Source: Auanema rhodensis
Lineage: Eukaryota; Animalia; Nematoda
Assembly: GCA_964057225.1 (NCBI GenBank)
Contig: OZ059900.1
Coordinates: 1,240,001-1,304,000, forward strand
Direction: 5' to 3'
DNA length: 64,000 nucleotides
A program made the position numbers and the translations under genes. Every line of letters begins with the position of its first letter. The stretch's first letter is position 1. The notes beneath the pieces are model-generated. The model had not been told where the DNA came from, searched no databases, and saw only the letters and a list, made by a program, of their open reading frames with translations. This document shows, in pieces, positions 14,201 through 29,240 of this stretch.

Positions 14201-15939
14201 ACTAAGTATGGTCGTTTTTATGCCTTTAACACCATATACTCACCGATTTTTGGTACAAAATCTGTAATACTCGTAAATTTTGATCATATTCGTTAAGATT
14301 TGAGAATCAAACACATAATACACGAAATAAGTCTATTTTTACAAGTTTGCACTGATATTTATTCATTTTGATCAAAAAAGATCGAAAATAGAAAGAATTT
14401 TTGAAATTTCCGAGTTTTGAGTCCAATTGGGCTAAATCGCTCATATATATGATCAGAAGCATAGTTTTATTGTCTATGACAACAAAAATCATCAATTAAA
14501 CGCTAGTGATGTTTAAATACTGATTTTCGCTCAAATAGCATTACTACACTAAGTATGGTCGTTTTTATGCCTTTAACACCATATACTCACCGATTTTTGG
14601 TACAAAATCTGTAATACTCGTAAATTTTGATCATATTCGTTAAGATTTGAGAATCAAACATACAATACACAAAATCAGTCTATTTTTATGAGCTTGCACT
14701 GATATATATTCATTTTGATCAAAAAAGGTCGAAAATAGAAAGATTTTTTGAATTTTCCGAGTTTTGACTCCAATTGGGCTAAATCGCTCATATATATGAT
14801 CAAAAGCATAGTTTTACTGTCTATGATAACAAAAGTCTTCAAATATACACTAATAATGTGTAAATCACTGAATTTCACTCAAATAGCTTTACTACACTAA
14901 GTATGGTCGTTTTTATGCCTTTAACACAATATACTCACCGATTTTTGGTACAAAATCTGTAATACTCGTAAATTTTGATCATATTCGTTAAGATTTGAGA
15001 ATCAAACATACAATACACAAAATCAGTCTATTTTTATGAGCTTGCACTGATATATATTCATTTTGATCAAAAAAGGTCGAAAATAGAAAGAAGTTTTGAA
15101 ATTTCCGAGTTTTGAGTCTAATTTGGCTAAATCGCTCATATATATGATCAGAAGCATAGTTTTATTGTCTATGACAACAAAAATCATCAATTAAACGCTA
15201 GCGATGTTTAAATACTGATTTTCGCTCAAATAGCATTACTACACTAAGTATGGTCGTTTTTATGCCTTTAACACCATATACTCACCGATTTTTGGTACAA
15301 AATCTGTAATACTTGTAAATTTCGATCATATTCGTTAAGATTTGAGAATCAAACACATAATACACGAAATAAGTCTATTTTTACAAGTTTGCACTGATAT
15401 TTATTCATTTTGATCAAAAAAGGTCGAAAATAGAAAGAATTTTTGAAATTTACGAGTTTTGAGTCTAATTTGGCTAAATCGCTCATATATATGATCAAAA
15501 GCATAGTTTTATTGTCTATGACAACAAAAGTCATTAATTAAACACTAATGATGTTTAAATACTGAATTTCGCTCAAATAGCATTACTACACTAAGTATGG
15601 TCGTTTTTATGCCTTTAACACCATATACTCACCGATTTTTGGTACAAAATCTGTAATACTCGTAAATTTTGATCATATTCGTTAAGATTTGAGAATCAAA
15701 CATACAATACACGAAATCAGTCTATTTTTATGAGCTTGCACTGATATATATTCATTTTGATCAAAAAAGGTCGAAAATAGAAAGAATTTTTGAAATTTAC
15801 GAGTTTTGAGTCTAATTTGGCTAAATCGCTCATATATATGATCAGAAGCATAGTTTTATTGTCTATGACAACAAAAGTCATTAATTAAACACTAATAATG
15901 TTTAAATCACTAAATTTCGCTCAAATAGCATTACTACAC

Positions 15940-18900
15940 TAAGTATGGTCGTTTTTATGCCTTTAACACCATATACTCACCGATTTTTGGTACAAAATCT
16001 GTAATACTCGTAAATTTTGATCATATTCGTTAAGATTTGAGAATCAAACATACAATACACGAAATCAGTCTATTTTTATGAGCTTGCACTGATATATATT
16101 CATTTTGATCAAAAAAGGTCGAAAATAGAAAGAATTTTTGAAATTTACGAGTTTTGAGTCTAATTTGGCTAAATCGCTCATATATATGATCAGAAGCATA
16201 GTTTTATTGTCTATGACAACAAAAGTCATTAATTAAACACTAATAATGTTTAAATCACTAAATTTCGCTCAAATAGCATTACTACACTAAGTATGGTCGT
16301 TTTTATGCCTTTAACACCATATACTCACCGATTTTTGGTACAAAATCTGTAATACTTGTAAATTTTGATCATATTCGTTAAGATTCGAGAATCAAACACA
16401 TAATACACGAAATAAGTCTATTTTTATGAGTTTGCACTGATATTTATTCATTTTGATCAAAAAAGGTCGAAAATAGAAAGAATTTTTGAAATTTCCGAGT
16501 TTTGAGTCCAATTTGGCTAAATCGCTCATATATATGATCAGAAGCATAGTTTTATTGTCTATGACAACAAAAATCATCAATTAAACGCTAGTGATGTTTA
16601 AATACTGATTTTCGCTCAAATAGCATTACTACACTAAGTATGGTCGTTTTTATGCCTTTAACACCATATACTCACCGATTTTTGGTACAAAATCTGTAAT
16701 ACTTGTAAATTTTGATCATATTCGTTAAGATTTGAGAATCAAACATACAATACACAAAATCAGTCTATTTTTATGAGCTTGCACTGATATATATTCATTT
16801 TGATCAAAAAAGGTCGAAAATAGAAAGAATTTTTGAAATTTCCGAGTTTTGAGTCTAATTTGGCTAAATCGCTCATATATATGATCAGAAGCATAGTTTT
16901 ATTGTCTATGACAACAAAAATCATCAATTAAACGCTAGTGATGTTTAAATACTGATTTTCGCTCAAATAGCATTACTACACTAAGTATGGTCGTTTTTAT
17001 GCCTTTAACACCATATACTCACCGATTTTTGGTACAAAATCTGTAATACTTGTAAATTTTGATCATATTCGTTAAGATTCGAGAATCAAACACATAATAC
17101 ACGAAATAAGTCTATTTTTACAAGTTTGCACTGATATTTATTCATTTTGATCAAAAAAGATCGAAAATAGAAAGAATTTTTGAAATTTCCGAGTTTTGAG
17201 TCCAATTGGGCTAAATCGCTCATATATATGATCAAAAGCATAGTTTTACTGTCTATGATAACAAAAGTCTTCAAATATACACTAGTAATGATTAAATCAC
17301 TGAATTTCACTCAAATAGCATTACTACACTAAGTATGGTCGTTTTTATGCCTTTAACACCATATACTCACCGATTTTTGGTACAAAATCTGTAATACTTG
17401 TAAATTTCGATCATATTCGTTAAGATTTGAGAATCAAACACATAATACACGAAATAAGTCTATTTTTACAAGTTTGCACTGATATTTATTCATTTTGATC
17501 AAAAAAGGTCGAAAATAGAAAGAATTTTTGAAATTTCCGAGTTTTGAGTCCAATTTGGCTAAATCGCTCATATATATGATCAAAAGCATAGTTCTATTGT
17601 CTATAACAACAAAAGTCTTCAATTAAACGCTAGTGATGTTTTAATACTGAATTTCGCTCAAATAGCATTACTACACTAAGTATGGTCGTTTTTATGCCTT
17701 TAACACCATATACTCACCGATTTTTGGTACAAAATCTGTAATACTCGTAAATTTTGATCATATTCGTTAAGATTTGAGAATCAAACATACAATACACGAA
17801 ATCAGTCTATTTTTATGAGCTTGCACTGATATATATTCATTTTGATCAAAAAAGGTCGAAAATAGAAAGAATTTTTGAAATTTACGAGTTTTGAGTCTAA
17901 TTTGGCTAAATCGCTCATATATATGATCAGAAGCATAGTTTTATTGTCTATGACAACAAAAGTCTTCAATTAAACGCTTGTGATGTTTTAATACTGAATT
18001 TCGCTCAAATAGCATTACTACACTAAGTATGGTCGTTTTTATGCCTTTAACACCATATACTCACCGATTTTTGGTACAAAATCTGTGATACTCGTAAATT
18101 TTGATCATATTCGGTGAGATTCGAGAATCAAACACACAATACACGAAATAAGTTTATTTTGACGAGTTTGCACTGATATTTATTCATTTTGATCAAAAAA
18201 GGTCGAAAATAGAAAGATTTTTTGAAATTTCCGAGTTTTGAGTCTAATTTGGCTAAATCGCTCATATATATGATCAGAAGCAGAGATGTATTGTCTATGA
18301 CAACAAAAGTCATTGATTGAACACTAATGATGTTTAAATCACTGAATTTCGCTCAAATAGCATTACTACACTAAGGATGGTCGTTTTTATGCCTTTAACA
18401 CCATATACTCACCGATTTTTGGTACAAAATCTGTAATACTTGTAAATTTCGATCAAATTCGTTAAGATTTGAGAATCAAACACATAATACACGAAATAAG
18501 TCTTTTTTTACAAGTTTGCACTGATATTTATTCATTTTGATCAAAAAAGGTCGAAAATAGAAAGAATTTTTGAAATTTACGAGTTTTGAGTCTAATTTGG
18601 CTAAATCGCTCATATATATGATCAGAAGCATAGTTTTATTGTCTATGACAACAAAAGTCATTAATTAAACACTAATCATGTTTAAATACTGATTTTCGCT
18701 CAAATAGCATTACTACACTAAGTATGGTCGTTTTTATACCTTCAACACCATATACTCACCGATTTTTGGTACAAAATCTGTGATACTCGTAAATTTCGAT
18801 CATATTCGTTAAGATTTGAGAATCAAACACACAATACACGAAATGAGTTTATTTTCACGAGTTTGCACTGATATTTATTCATTTTGATCAAAAAAGGTCG

Positions 18901-21900
18901 AAAATAGAAAGAATTTTTGAATTTTCCGAGTTTTGAGTCCAATTGGGCTAAATCGCTCATATATATGATCAAAAGCATAGTTTTACTGTCTATGATAACA
19001 AAAGTCTTCAAATATACACTAGTAATGATTAAATCACTGAATTTCACTCAAATAGCATTACTATACTAAGTATGGTCGTTTTTATGCCTTTAACACCATA
19101 TACTCACCGATTTTTGGTACAAAATCTGTAATACTCGTAAATTTTGATCATATTCGTTAAGATTTGAGAATCAAACATACAATACACGAAATCAGTCTAT
19201 TTTTATGAGCTTGCACTGATATATATTCATTTTGATCAAAAAAGGTCGAAAATAGAAAGAATTTTTGAAATTTACGAGTTTTGAGTCTAATTTGGCTAAA
19301 TCGCTCATATATATGATCAGAAGCATAGTTTTATTGTCTATGACAACAAAAGTCATTAATTAAACACTAATAATGTTTAAATCACTAAATTTCGCTCAAA
19401 TAGCATTACTACACTAAGTATGGTCGTTTTTATGCCTTTAACACCATATACTCACCGATTTTTGGTACAAAATCTGTAATACTTGTAAATTTTGATCATA
19501 TTCGTTAAGATTCGAGAATCAAACACATAATACACGAAATAAGTCTATTTTTATGAGTTTGCACTGATATTTATTCATTTTGATCAAAAAAGGTCGAAAA
19601 TAGAAAGAATTTTTGAAATTTCCGAGTTTTGAGTCCAATTTGGCTAAATCGCTCATATATATGATCAGAAGCATAGTTTTATTGTCTATGACAACAAAAA
19701 TCATCAATTAAACGCTAGTGATGTTTAAATACTGATTTTCGCTCAAATAGCATTACTACACTAAGTATGGTCGTTTTTATGCCTTTAACACCATATACTC
19801 ACCGATTTTTGGTACAAAATCTGTAATACTTGTAAATTTTGATCATATTCGTTAAGATTTGAGAATCAAACATACAATACACAAAATCAGTCTATTTTTA
19901 TGAGCTTGCACTGATATATATTCATTTTGATCAAAAAAGGTCGAAAATAGAAAGAATTTTTGAAATTTCCGAGTTTTGAGTCTAATTTGGCTAAATCGCT
20001 CATATATATGATCAGAAGCATAGTTTTATTGTCTATGACAACAAAAATCATCAATTAAACGCTAGTGATGTTTAAATACTGATTTTCGCTCAAATAGCAT
20101 TACTACACTAAGTATGGTCGTTTTTATGCCTTTAACACCATATACTCACCGATTTTTGGTACAAAATCTGTAATACTTGTAAATTTTGATCATATTCGTT
20201 AAGATTCGAGAATCAAACACATAATACACGAAATAAGTCTATTTTTACAAGTTTGCACTGATATTTATTCATTTTGATCAAAAAAGATCGAAAATAGAAA
20301 GAATTTTTGAAATTTCCGAGTTTTGAGTCCAATTGGGCTAAATCGCTCATATATATGATCAAAAGCATAGTTTTACTGTCTATGATAACAAAAGTCTTCA
20401 AATATACACTAGTAATGATTAAATCACTGAATTTCACTCAAATAGCATTACTACACTAAGTATGGTCGTTTTTATGCCTTTAACACCATATACTCACCGA
20501 TTTTTGGTACAAAATCTGTAATACTTGTAAATTTCGATCATATTCGTTAAGATTTGAGAATCAAACACATAATACACGAAATAAGTCTATTTTTACAAGT
20601 TTGCACTGATATTTATTCATTTTGATCAAAAAAGGTCGAAAATAGAAAGAATTTTTGAAATTTCCGAGTTTTGAGTCCAATTTGGCTAAATCGCTCATAT
20701 ATATGATCAAAAGCATAGTTCTATTGTCTATAACAACAAAAGTCTTCAATTAAACGCTAGTGATGTTTTAATACTGAATTTCGCTCAAATAGCATTACTA
20801 CACTAAGTATGGTTGTTTTTATGCCTTTAACACCATATACTCACCGATTTTTGGTACAAAATCTGTAATACTCGTAAATTTTGATCATATTCGTTAAGAT
20901 TTGAGAATCAAACATACAATACACGAAATCAGTCTATTTTTATGAGCTTGCACTGATATATATTCATTTTGATCAAAAAAGGTCGAAAATAGAAAGAATT
21001 TTTGAAATTTACGAGTTTTGAGTCTAATTTGGCTAAATCGCTCATATATATGATCAGAAGCATAGTTTTATTGTCTATGACAACAAAAGTCTTCAATTAA
21101 ACGCTTGTGATGTTTTAATACTGAATTTCGCTCAAATAGCATTACTACACTAAGTATGGTCGTTTTTATGCCTTTAACACCATATACTCACCGATTTTTG
21201 GTACAAAATCTGTGATACTCGTAAATTTTGATCATATTCGGTGAGATTCGAGAATCAAACACACAATACACGAAATAAGTTTATTTTGACGAGTTTGCAC
21301 TGATATTTATTCATTTTGATCAAAAAAGGTCGAAAATAGAAAGATTTTTTGAAATTTCCGAGTTTTGAGTCTAATTTGGCTAAATCGCTCATATATATGA
21401 TCAGAAGCAGAGATGTATTGTCTATGACAACAAAAGTCATTGATTGAACACTAATGATGTTTAAATCACTGAATTTCGCTCAAATAGCATTACTACACTA
21501 AGGATGGTCGTTTTTATGCCTTTAACACCATATACTCACCGATTTTTGGTACAAAATCTGTAATACTTGTAAATTTCGATCAAATTCGTTAAGATTTGAG
21601 AATCAAACACATAATACACGAAATAAGTCTTTTTTTACAAGTTTGCACTGATATTTATTCATTTTGATCAAAAAAGGTCGAAAATAGAAAGAATTTTTGA
21701 AATTTACGAGTTTTGAGTCTAATTTGGCTAAATCGCTCATATATATGATCAGAAGCATAGTTTTATTGTCTATGACAACAAAAGTCATTAATTAAACACT
21801 AATCATGTTTAAATACTGATTTTCGCTCAAATAGCATTACTACACTAAGTATGGTCGTTTTTATACCTTCAACACCATATACTCACCGATTTTTGGTACA

Positions 21901-22262
21901 AAATCTGTGATACTCGTAAATTTCGATCATATTCGTTAAGATTTGAGAATCAAACACACAATACACGAAATGAGTTTATTTTCACGAGTTTGCACTGATA
22001 TTTATTCATTTTGATCAAAAAAGGTCGAAAATAGAAAGAATTTTTGAATTTTCCGAGTTTTGAGTCCAATTGGGCTAAATCGCTCATATATATGATCAAA
22101 AGCATAGTTTTACTGTCTATGATAACAAAAGTCTTCAAATATACACTAGTAATGATTAAATCACTGAATTTCACTCAAATAGCATTACTATACTAAGTAT
22201 GGTCGTTTTTATGCCTTTAACACCATATACTCACCGATTTTTGGTACAAAATCTGTAATACT
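15940..22262. repeat. 9-monomer (3127-bp) tandem duplication
   Basis: Offset 3127 for markers 16392/19519, 17086/20213, 17434/20561, 18128/21255, 18476/21603 and 18823/21950. The rare variant CTAATCATG is shared at about 18675 and 21802. Confidence 0.9.
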
Positions 22263-25200
22263 TGTAAATTTCGATCATATTCGTTAAGATTTGAGAATCA
22301 AACACATAATACACGAAATAAGTCTATTTTTACAAGTTTGCACTGATATTTATTCATTTTGATCAAAAAAGGTCGAAAATAGAAAGAATTTTTGAAATTT
22401 CCGAGTTTTGAGTCCAATTTGGCTAAATCGCTCATATATATGATCAAAAGCATAGTTCTATTGTCTATAACAACAAAAGTCTTCAATTAAACGCTAGTGA
22501 TGTTTTAATACTGAATTTCGCTCAAATAGCATTACTACACTAAGTATGGTCGTTTTTATGCCTTTAACACCATATACTCACCGATTTTTGGTACAAAATC
22601 TGTAATACTCGTAAATTTTGATCATATTCGTTAAGATTTGAGAATCAAACATACAATACACGAAATCAGTCTATTTTTATGAGCTTGCACTGATATATAT
22701 TCATTTTGATCAAAAAAGGTCGAAAATAGAAAGAATTTTTGAAATTTACGAGTTTTGAGTCTAATTTGGCTAAATCGCTCATATATATGATCAGAAGCAT
22801 AGTTTTATTGTCTATGACAACAAAAATCATTAATTAAACACTAATAATGTTTAAATCACTAAATTTCGCTCAAATAGCATTACTACACTAAGTATGGTCG
22901 TTTTTATGCCTTTAACACCATATACTCACCGATTTTTGGTACAAAATCTGTAATACTCGTAAATTTTGATCATATTCGTTAAGATTTGAGAATCAAACAT
23001 ACAATACACGAAATCAGTCTATTTTTATGAGCTTGCACTGATATATATTCATTTTGATCAAAAAAGGTCGAAAATAGAAAGAATTTTTGAAATTTACGAG
23101 TTTTGAGTCTAATTTGGCTAAATCGCTCATATATATGATCAGAAGCATAGTTTTATTGTCTATGACAACAAAAGTCATTAATTAAACACTAATAATGTTT
23201 AAATCACTAAATTTCGCTCAAATAGCATTACTACACTAAGTATGGTCGTTTTTATGCCTTTAACACCATATACTCACCGATTTTTGGTACAAAATCTGTA
23301 ATACTTGTAAATTTTGATCATATTCGTTAAGATTCGAGAATCAAACACATAATACACGAAATAAGTCTATTTTTATGAGTTTGCACTGATATTTATTCAT
23401 TTTGATCAAAAAAGGTCGAAAATAGAAAGAATTTTTGAAATTTCCGAGTTTTGAGTCCAATTTGGCTAAATCGCTCATATATATGATCAGAAGCATAGTT
23501 TTATTGTCTATGACAACGAAAATCATCAATTAAACGCTAGTGATGTTTAAATACTGATTTTCGCTCAAATAGCATTACTACACTAAGTATGGTCGTTTTT
23601 ATGCCTTTAACACCATATACTCACCGATTTTTGGTACAAAATCTGTAATACTTGTAAATTTTGATCATATTCGTTAAGATTTGAGAATCAAACATACAAT
23701 ACACAAAATCAGTCTATTTTTATGAGCTTGCACTGATATATATTCATTTTGATCAAAAAAGGTCGAAAATAGAAAGAATTTTTGAAATTTCCGAGTTTTG
23801 AGTCTAATTTGGCTAAATCGCTCATATATATGATCAGAAGCATAGTTTTATTGTCTATGACAACAAAAATCATCAATTAAACGCTAGTGATGTTTAAATA
23901 CTGATTTTCGCTCAAATAGCATTACTACACTAAGTATGGTCGTTTTTATGCCTTTAACACCATATACTCACCGATTTTTGGTACAAAATCTGTAATACTT
24001 GTAAATTTTGATCATATTCGTTAAGATTCGAGAATCAAACACATAATACACAAAATAAGTCTATTTTTACAAGTTTGCACTGATATTTATTCATTTTGAT
24101 CAAAAAAGATCGAAAATAGAAAGAATTTTTGAAATTTCCGAGTTTTGAGTCCAATTGGGCTAAATCGCTCATATATATGATCAAAAGCATAGTTTTACTG
24201 TCTATGATAACAAAAGTCTTCAAATATACACTAGTAATGATTAAATCACTGAATTTCACTCAAATAGCATTACTACACTAAGTATGGTCGTTTTTATGCC
24301 TTTAACACCATATACTCACCGATTTTTGGTACAAAATCTGTAATACTTGTAAATTTCGATCATATTCGTTAAGATTTGAGAATCAAACACATAATACACG
24401 AAATAAGTCTATTTTTACAAGTTTGCACTGATATTTATTCATTTTGATCAAAAAAGGTCGAAAATAGAAAGAATTTTTGAAATTTCCGAGTTTTGAGTCC
24501 AATTTGGCTAAATCGCTCATATATATGATCAAAAGCATAGTTCTATTGTCTATAACAACAAAAGTCTTCAATTAAACGCTAGTGATGTTTTAATACTGAA
24601 TTTCGCTCAAATAGCATTACTACACTAAGTATGGTCGTTTTTATGCCTTTAACACCATATACTCACCGATTTTTGGTACAAAATCTGTAATACTCGTAAA
24701 TTTTGATCATATTCGTTAAGATTTGAGAATCAAACATACAATACACGAAATCAGCCTATTTTTATGAGCTTGCACTGATATATATTCATTTTGATCAAAA
24801 AAGGTCGAAAATAGAAAGAATTTTTGAAATTTACGAGTTTTGAGTCTAATTTGGCTAAATCGCTCATATATATGATCAGAAGCATAGTTTTATTGTCTAT
24901 GACAACAAAAGTCTTCAATTAAACGCTTGTGATGTTTTAATACTGAATTTCGCTCAAATAGCATTACTACACTAAGTATGGTCGTTTTTATGCCTTTAAC
25001 ACCATATACTCACCGATTTTTGGTACAAAAGCTGTAATACTTGTAAATTTTGATTATATTCGTTAAGATTCGAGAATCAAACACATAATACACAAAATAA
25101 GTCTATTTTTATGAGTTTGCACTGATATTTATTCATTTTGATCAAAAAAGATCGAAAATAGAAAGAATTTTTGAAATTTCCGAGTTTTGAGTCCAATTGG

Positions 25201-28200
25201 GCTAAATCGCTCATATATATGATCAAAAGCATAGTTTTACTGTCTATGATAACAAAAGTCTTCAAATATACACTAGTAATGATTAAATCACTGAATTTCA
25301 CTCAAATAGCATTACTACACTAAGTATGGTCGTTTTTATGCCTTTAACACCATATACTCACCGATTTTTGGTACAAAATCTGTAATACTTGTAAATTTCG
25401 ATCATATTCGTTAAGATTTGAGAATCAAACACATAATACACGAAATAAGTCTATTTTTACAAGTTTGCACTGATATTTATTCATTTTGATCAAAAAAGGT
25501 CGAAAATAGAAAGAATTTTTGAAATTTCCGAGTTTTGAGTCCAATTTGGCTAAATCGCTCATATATATGATCAAAAGCATAGTTCTATTGTCTATAACAA
25601 CAAAAGTCTTCAGTTAAACGCTAGTGATGTTTTAATACTGAATTTCGCTCAAATAGCATTACTACACTAAGTATGGTCGTTTTTATGCCTTTAACACCAT
25701 ATACTCACCGATTTTTGGTACAAAATCTGTAATACTCGTAAATTTTGATCATATTCGTTAAGATTTGAGAATCAAACATACAATACACGAAATCAGTCTA
25801 TTTTTATGAGCTTGCACTGATATATATTCATTTTGATCAAAAAAGGTCGAAAATAGAAAGAATTTTTGAAATTTACGAGTTTTGAGTCTAATTTGGCTAA
25901 ATCGCTCATATATATGATCAGAAGCATAGTTTTATTGTCTATGACAACAAAAGTCTTCAATTAAACGCTTGTGATGTTTTAATACTGAATTTCGCTCAAA
26001 TAGCATTACTACACTAAGTATGGTCGTTTTTATGCCTTTAACACCATATACTCACCGATTTTTGGTACAAAATCTGTGATACTCGTAAATTTTGATCATA
26101 TTCGGTGAGATTCGAGAATCAAACACACAATACACGAAATAAGTTTATTTTGACGAGTTTGCACTGATATTTATTCATTTTGATCAAAAAAGGTCGAAAA
26201 TAGAAAGATTTTTTGAAATTTCCGAGTTTTGAGTCTAATTTGGCTAAATCGCTCATATATATGATCAGAAGCAGAGATGTATTGTCTATGACAACAAAAG
26301 TCATTGATTGAACACTAATGATGTTTAAATCACTGAATTTCGCTCAAATAGCATTACTACACTAAGGATGGTCGTTTTTATGCCTTTAACCCCATATACT
26401 CACCGATTTTTGGTACAAAATCTGTAATACTTGTAAATTTCGATCAAATTCGTTAAGATTTGAGAATCAAACACATAATACACGAAATAAGTCTTTTTTT
26501 ACAAGTTTGCACTGATATTTATTCATTTTGATCAAAAAAGGTCGAAAATAGAAAGAATTTTTGAAATTTACAAGTTTTGAGTCTAATTTGGCTAAATCGC
26601 TCATATATATGATCAGAAGCATAGTTTTATTGTCTATGACAACAAAAGTCATTAATTAAACACCAATGATGTTTAAATACTGATTTTCGCTCAAATAGCA
26701 TTACTACACTAAGTATGGTCGTTTTTATACCTTCAACACCATATACTCACCGATTTTTGGTACAAAATCTGTGATACTCGTAAATTTCGATCATATTCGT
26801 TAAGATTTGAGAATCAAACACACAATACACGAAATGAGTTTATTTTCACGAGTTTGCACTGATATTTATTCATTTTGATCAAAAAAGGTCGAAAATAGAA
26901 AGAATTTTTGAATTTTCCGAGTTTTGAGTCCAATTGGGCTAAATCGCTCATATATATGATCAAAAGCATAGTTTTACTGTCTATGATAACAAAAGTCTTC
27001 AAATATACACTAGTAATGATTAAATCACTGAAGTTCACTCAAATAGCATTACTATACTAAGTATGGTCGTTTTTATGCCTTTAACACCATATACTCACCG
27101 ATTTTTGGTACAAAATCTGTAATACTTGTAAATTTCGATCATATTCGTTAAGATTTGAGAATCAAACACATAATACACGAAATAAGTCTATTTTTACAAG
27201 TTTGCACTGATATTTATTCATTTTGATCAAAAAAGGTCGAAAATAGAAAGAATTTTTGAAATTTCCGAGTTTTGAGTCCAATTTGGCTAAATCGCTCATA
27301 TATATGATCAAAAGCATAGTTCTATTGTCTATAACAACAAAAGTCTTCAATTAAACGCTAGTGATGTTTTAATACTGAATTTCGCTCAAATAGCATTACT
27401 ACACTAAGTATGGTCGTTTTTATGCCTTTAACACCATATACTCACCGATTTTTGGTACAAAATCTGTAATACTCGTAAATTTTGATCATATTCGTTAAGA
27501 TTTGAGAATCAAACATACAATACACGAAATCAGTCTATTTTTATGAGCTTGCACTGATATATATTCATTTTGATCAAAAAAGGTCGAAAATAGAAAGAAT
27601 TTTTGAAATTTACGAGTTTTGAGTCTAATTTGGCTAAATCGCTCATATATATGATCAGAAGCATAGTTTTATTGTCTATGACAACAAAAGTCATTAATTA
27701 AACACTAATAATGTTTAAATCACTAAATTTCGCTCAAATAGCATTACTACACTAAGTATGGTCGTTTTTATGCCTTTAACACCATATACTCACCGATTTT
27801 TGGTACAAAATCTGTAATACTCGTAAATTTTGATCATATTCGTTAAGATTTGAGAATCAAACATACAATACACGAAATCAGTCTATTTTTATGAGCTTGC
27901 ACTGATATATATTCATTTTGATCAAAAAAGGTCGAAAATAGAAAGAATTTTTGAAATTTACGAGTTTTGAGTCTAATTTGGCTAAATCGCTCATATATAT
28001 GATCAGAAGCATAGTTTTATTGTCTATGACAACAAAAGTCATTAATTAAACACTAATAATGTTTAAATCACTAAATTTCGCTCAAATAGCATTACTACAC
28101 TAAGTATGGTCGTTTTTATGCCTTTAACACCATATACTCACCGATTTTTGGTACAAAATCTGTAATACTTGTAAATTTTGATCATATTCGTTAAGATTCG

Positions 28201-29240
28201 AGAATCAAACACATAATACACGAAATAAGTCTATTTTTATGAGTTTGCACTGATATTTATTCATTTTGATCAAAAAAGGTCGAAAATAGAAAGAATTTTT
28301 GAAATTTCCGAGTTTTGAGTCCAATTTGGCTAAATCGCTCATATATATGATCAGAAGCATAGTTTTATTGTCTATGACAACAAAAATCATCAATTAAACG
28401 CTAGTGATGTTTAAATACTGATTTTCGCTCAAATAGCATTACTACACTAAGTATGGTCGTTTTTATGCCTTTAACACCATATACTCACCGATTTTTGGTA
28501 CAAAATCTGTAATACTTGTAAATTTTGATCATATTCGTTAAGATTTGAGAATCAAACATACAATACACAAAATCAGTCTATTTTTATGAGCTTGCACTGA
28601 TATATATTCATTTTGATCAAAAAAGGTCGAAAATAGAAAGAATTTTTGAAATTTCCGAGTTTTGAGTCTAATTTGGCTAAATCGCTCATATATATGATCA
28701 GAAGCATAGTTTTATTGTCTATGACAACAAAAATCATCAATTAAACGCTAGTGATGTTTAAATACTGATTTTCGCTCAAATAGCATTACTACACTAAGTA
28801 TGGTCGTTTTTATGCCTTTAACACCATATACTCACCGATTTTTGGTACAAAATCTGTAATACTTGTAAATTTTGATCATATTCGTTAAGATTCGAGAATC
28901 AAACACATAATACACGAAATAAGTCTATTTTTACAAGTTTGCACTGATATTTATTCATTTTGATCAAAAAAGATCGAAAATAGAAAGAATTTTTGAAATT
29001 TCCGAGTTTTGAGTCCAATTGGGCTAAATCGCTCATATATATGATCAAAAGCATAGTTTTACTGTCTATGATAACAAAAGTCTTCAAATATACACTAGTA
29101 ATGATTAAATCACTGAATTTCACTCAAATAGCATTACTACACTAAGTATGGTCGTTTTTATGCCTTTAACACCATATACTCACCGATTTTTGGTACAAAA
29201 TCTGTAATACTTGTAAATTTCGATCATATTCGTTAAGATT
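20250..29240. repeat. Block repeated at a 14-monomer (4864-bp) offset
   Basis: Offset 4864 for markers 21255/26119, 21603/26467, 21950/26814, 22298/27162, 23341/28205 and 24035/28899. Boundaries are approximate. Confidence 0.8.
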
